This document shows positions 63,739-64,000 of a DNA stretch of 64,000 nucleotides, in pieces. Within the stretch, counting starts at the first letter, position 1, and every line of letters begins with the position of its first letter. The stretch is from Gracilinanus agilis (taxonomy: Eukaryota). Location of the stretch: assembly GCF_016433145.1 (NCBI RefSeq), contig NC_058131.1:478079242-478143241 (forward strand). Direction: 5' to 3'. A program made the translations under genes and the position numbers. The notes under the pieces are model-generated. The model saw only the letters and a list, made by a program, of their open reading frames with translations, did no database searches and was not told where the DNA came from.

Positions 63739-64000
63739 CTGAAAAGAAAAGAAAAACAGAACAAAACAGAAAAGGCTGTTAATCTTTTAGTAGTGCCTTT
63801 GGATAGTTGTGCAAAATGGAAGACAGCAGGGGCCCTCAACTAAAAAAGGAAAAGAGAAGACAGTCTCTAGAATGGCAGTAGTTTTCTCCAAGCACGGCCA
63901 AGAGGGAATTGTAAGAGAATAAGCATAATTAGAATCATAGGTTTAGAACCAGAAAGAACCTTAGAGGTCATTTATTAATATCCCATCCCCTGGCATTTTT

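Larger units (their letters stand above)
1..64000 (-). other. DPF3: Internal portion of the DPF3 gene (4 coding exons plus introns); gene continues beyond both ends
   Basis: Four minus-strand exons splice in frame into (E)[146 protein letters not shown], matching the central region of vertebrate DPF3 as I recall it. Introns are 21.1, 9.0, 18.8 and >14.4 kb. Confidence 0.96.

Noticed and set aside
1-64000. Prokaryotic-type systems (operons, CRISPR arrays, defence islands)
   Set aside because: The sequence is intron-dominated mammalian DNA. There are no regularly spaced repeat-spacer arrays and no long ORFs.

Overview
Eukaryotic, not prokaryotic. This is repeat-rich marsupial genomic DNA, most likely opossum (Monodelphis-like), judged from SINE1_Mdo/MAR1/MIR-type SINEs, L2, L3/CR1 and opossum-type L1, strong CpG depletion and five N gaps. 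The whole window lies inside DPF3 (BAF45C/CERD4, a BAF chromatin-remodelling subunit) on the minus strand. Four consecutive coding exons are present with canonical AG/GT sites: 63611-63738, 42411-42506, 33363-33441 and 14460-14597 (approximately exons 4-7, including the C2H2 zinc finger). The 5' exons and PHD-finger exons lie outside the window. The introns hold an ACTB processed pseudogene with a large internal deletion nested in a near-full-length L3/CR1, a class III (ERV-L-like) gag-pro relic, two solo LTRs, hAT and Tigger-like MITEs, a Helitron-like element and many SINE/LINE fragments. Apart from the exon-7 ORF and ORFs that translate repeat relics, the six-frame ORFs look spurious. I found no convincing new multi-gene system. 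The best second-look items are a perfect 55-bp TG...CA hairpin with a 4-bp TSD (36170-36224), a candidate in-frame 33-nt DPF3 microexon with a nearby RBFOX/MBNL motif cluster, the Helitron-like element and the ERV relic. Family names come from my recall of consensus sequences; no database search was run, and most repeat boundaries are approximate.
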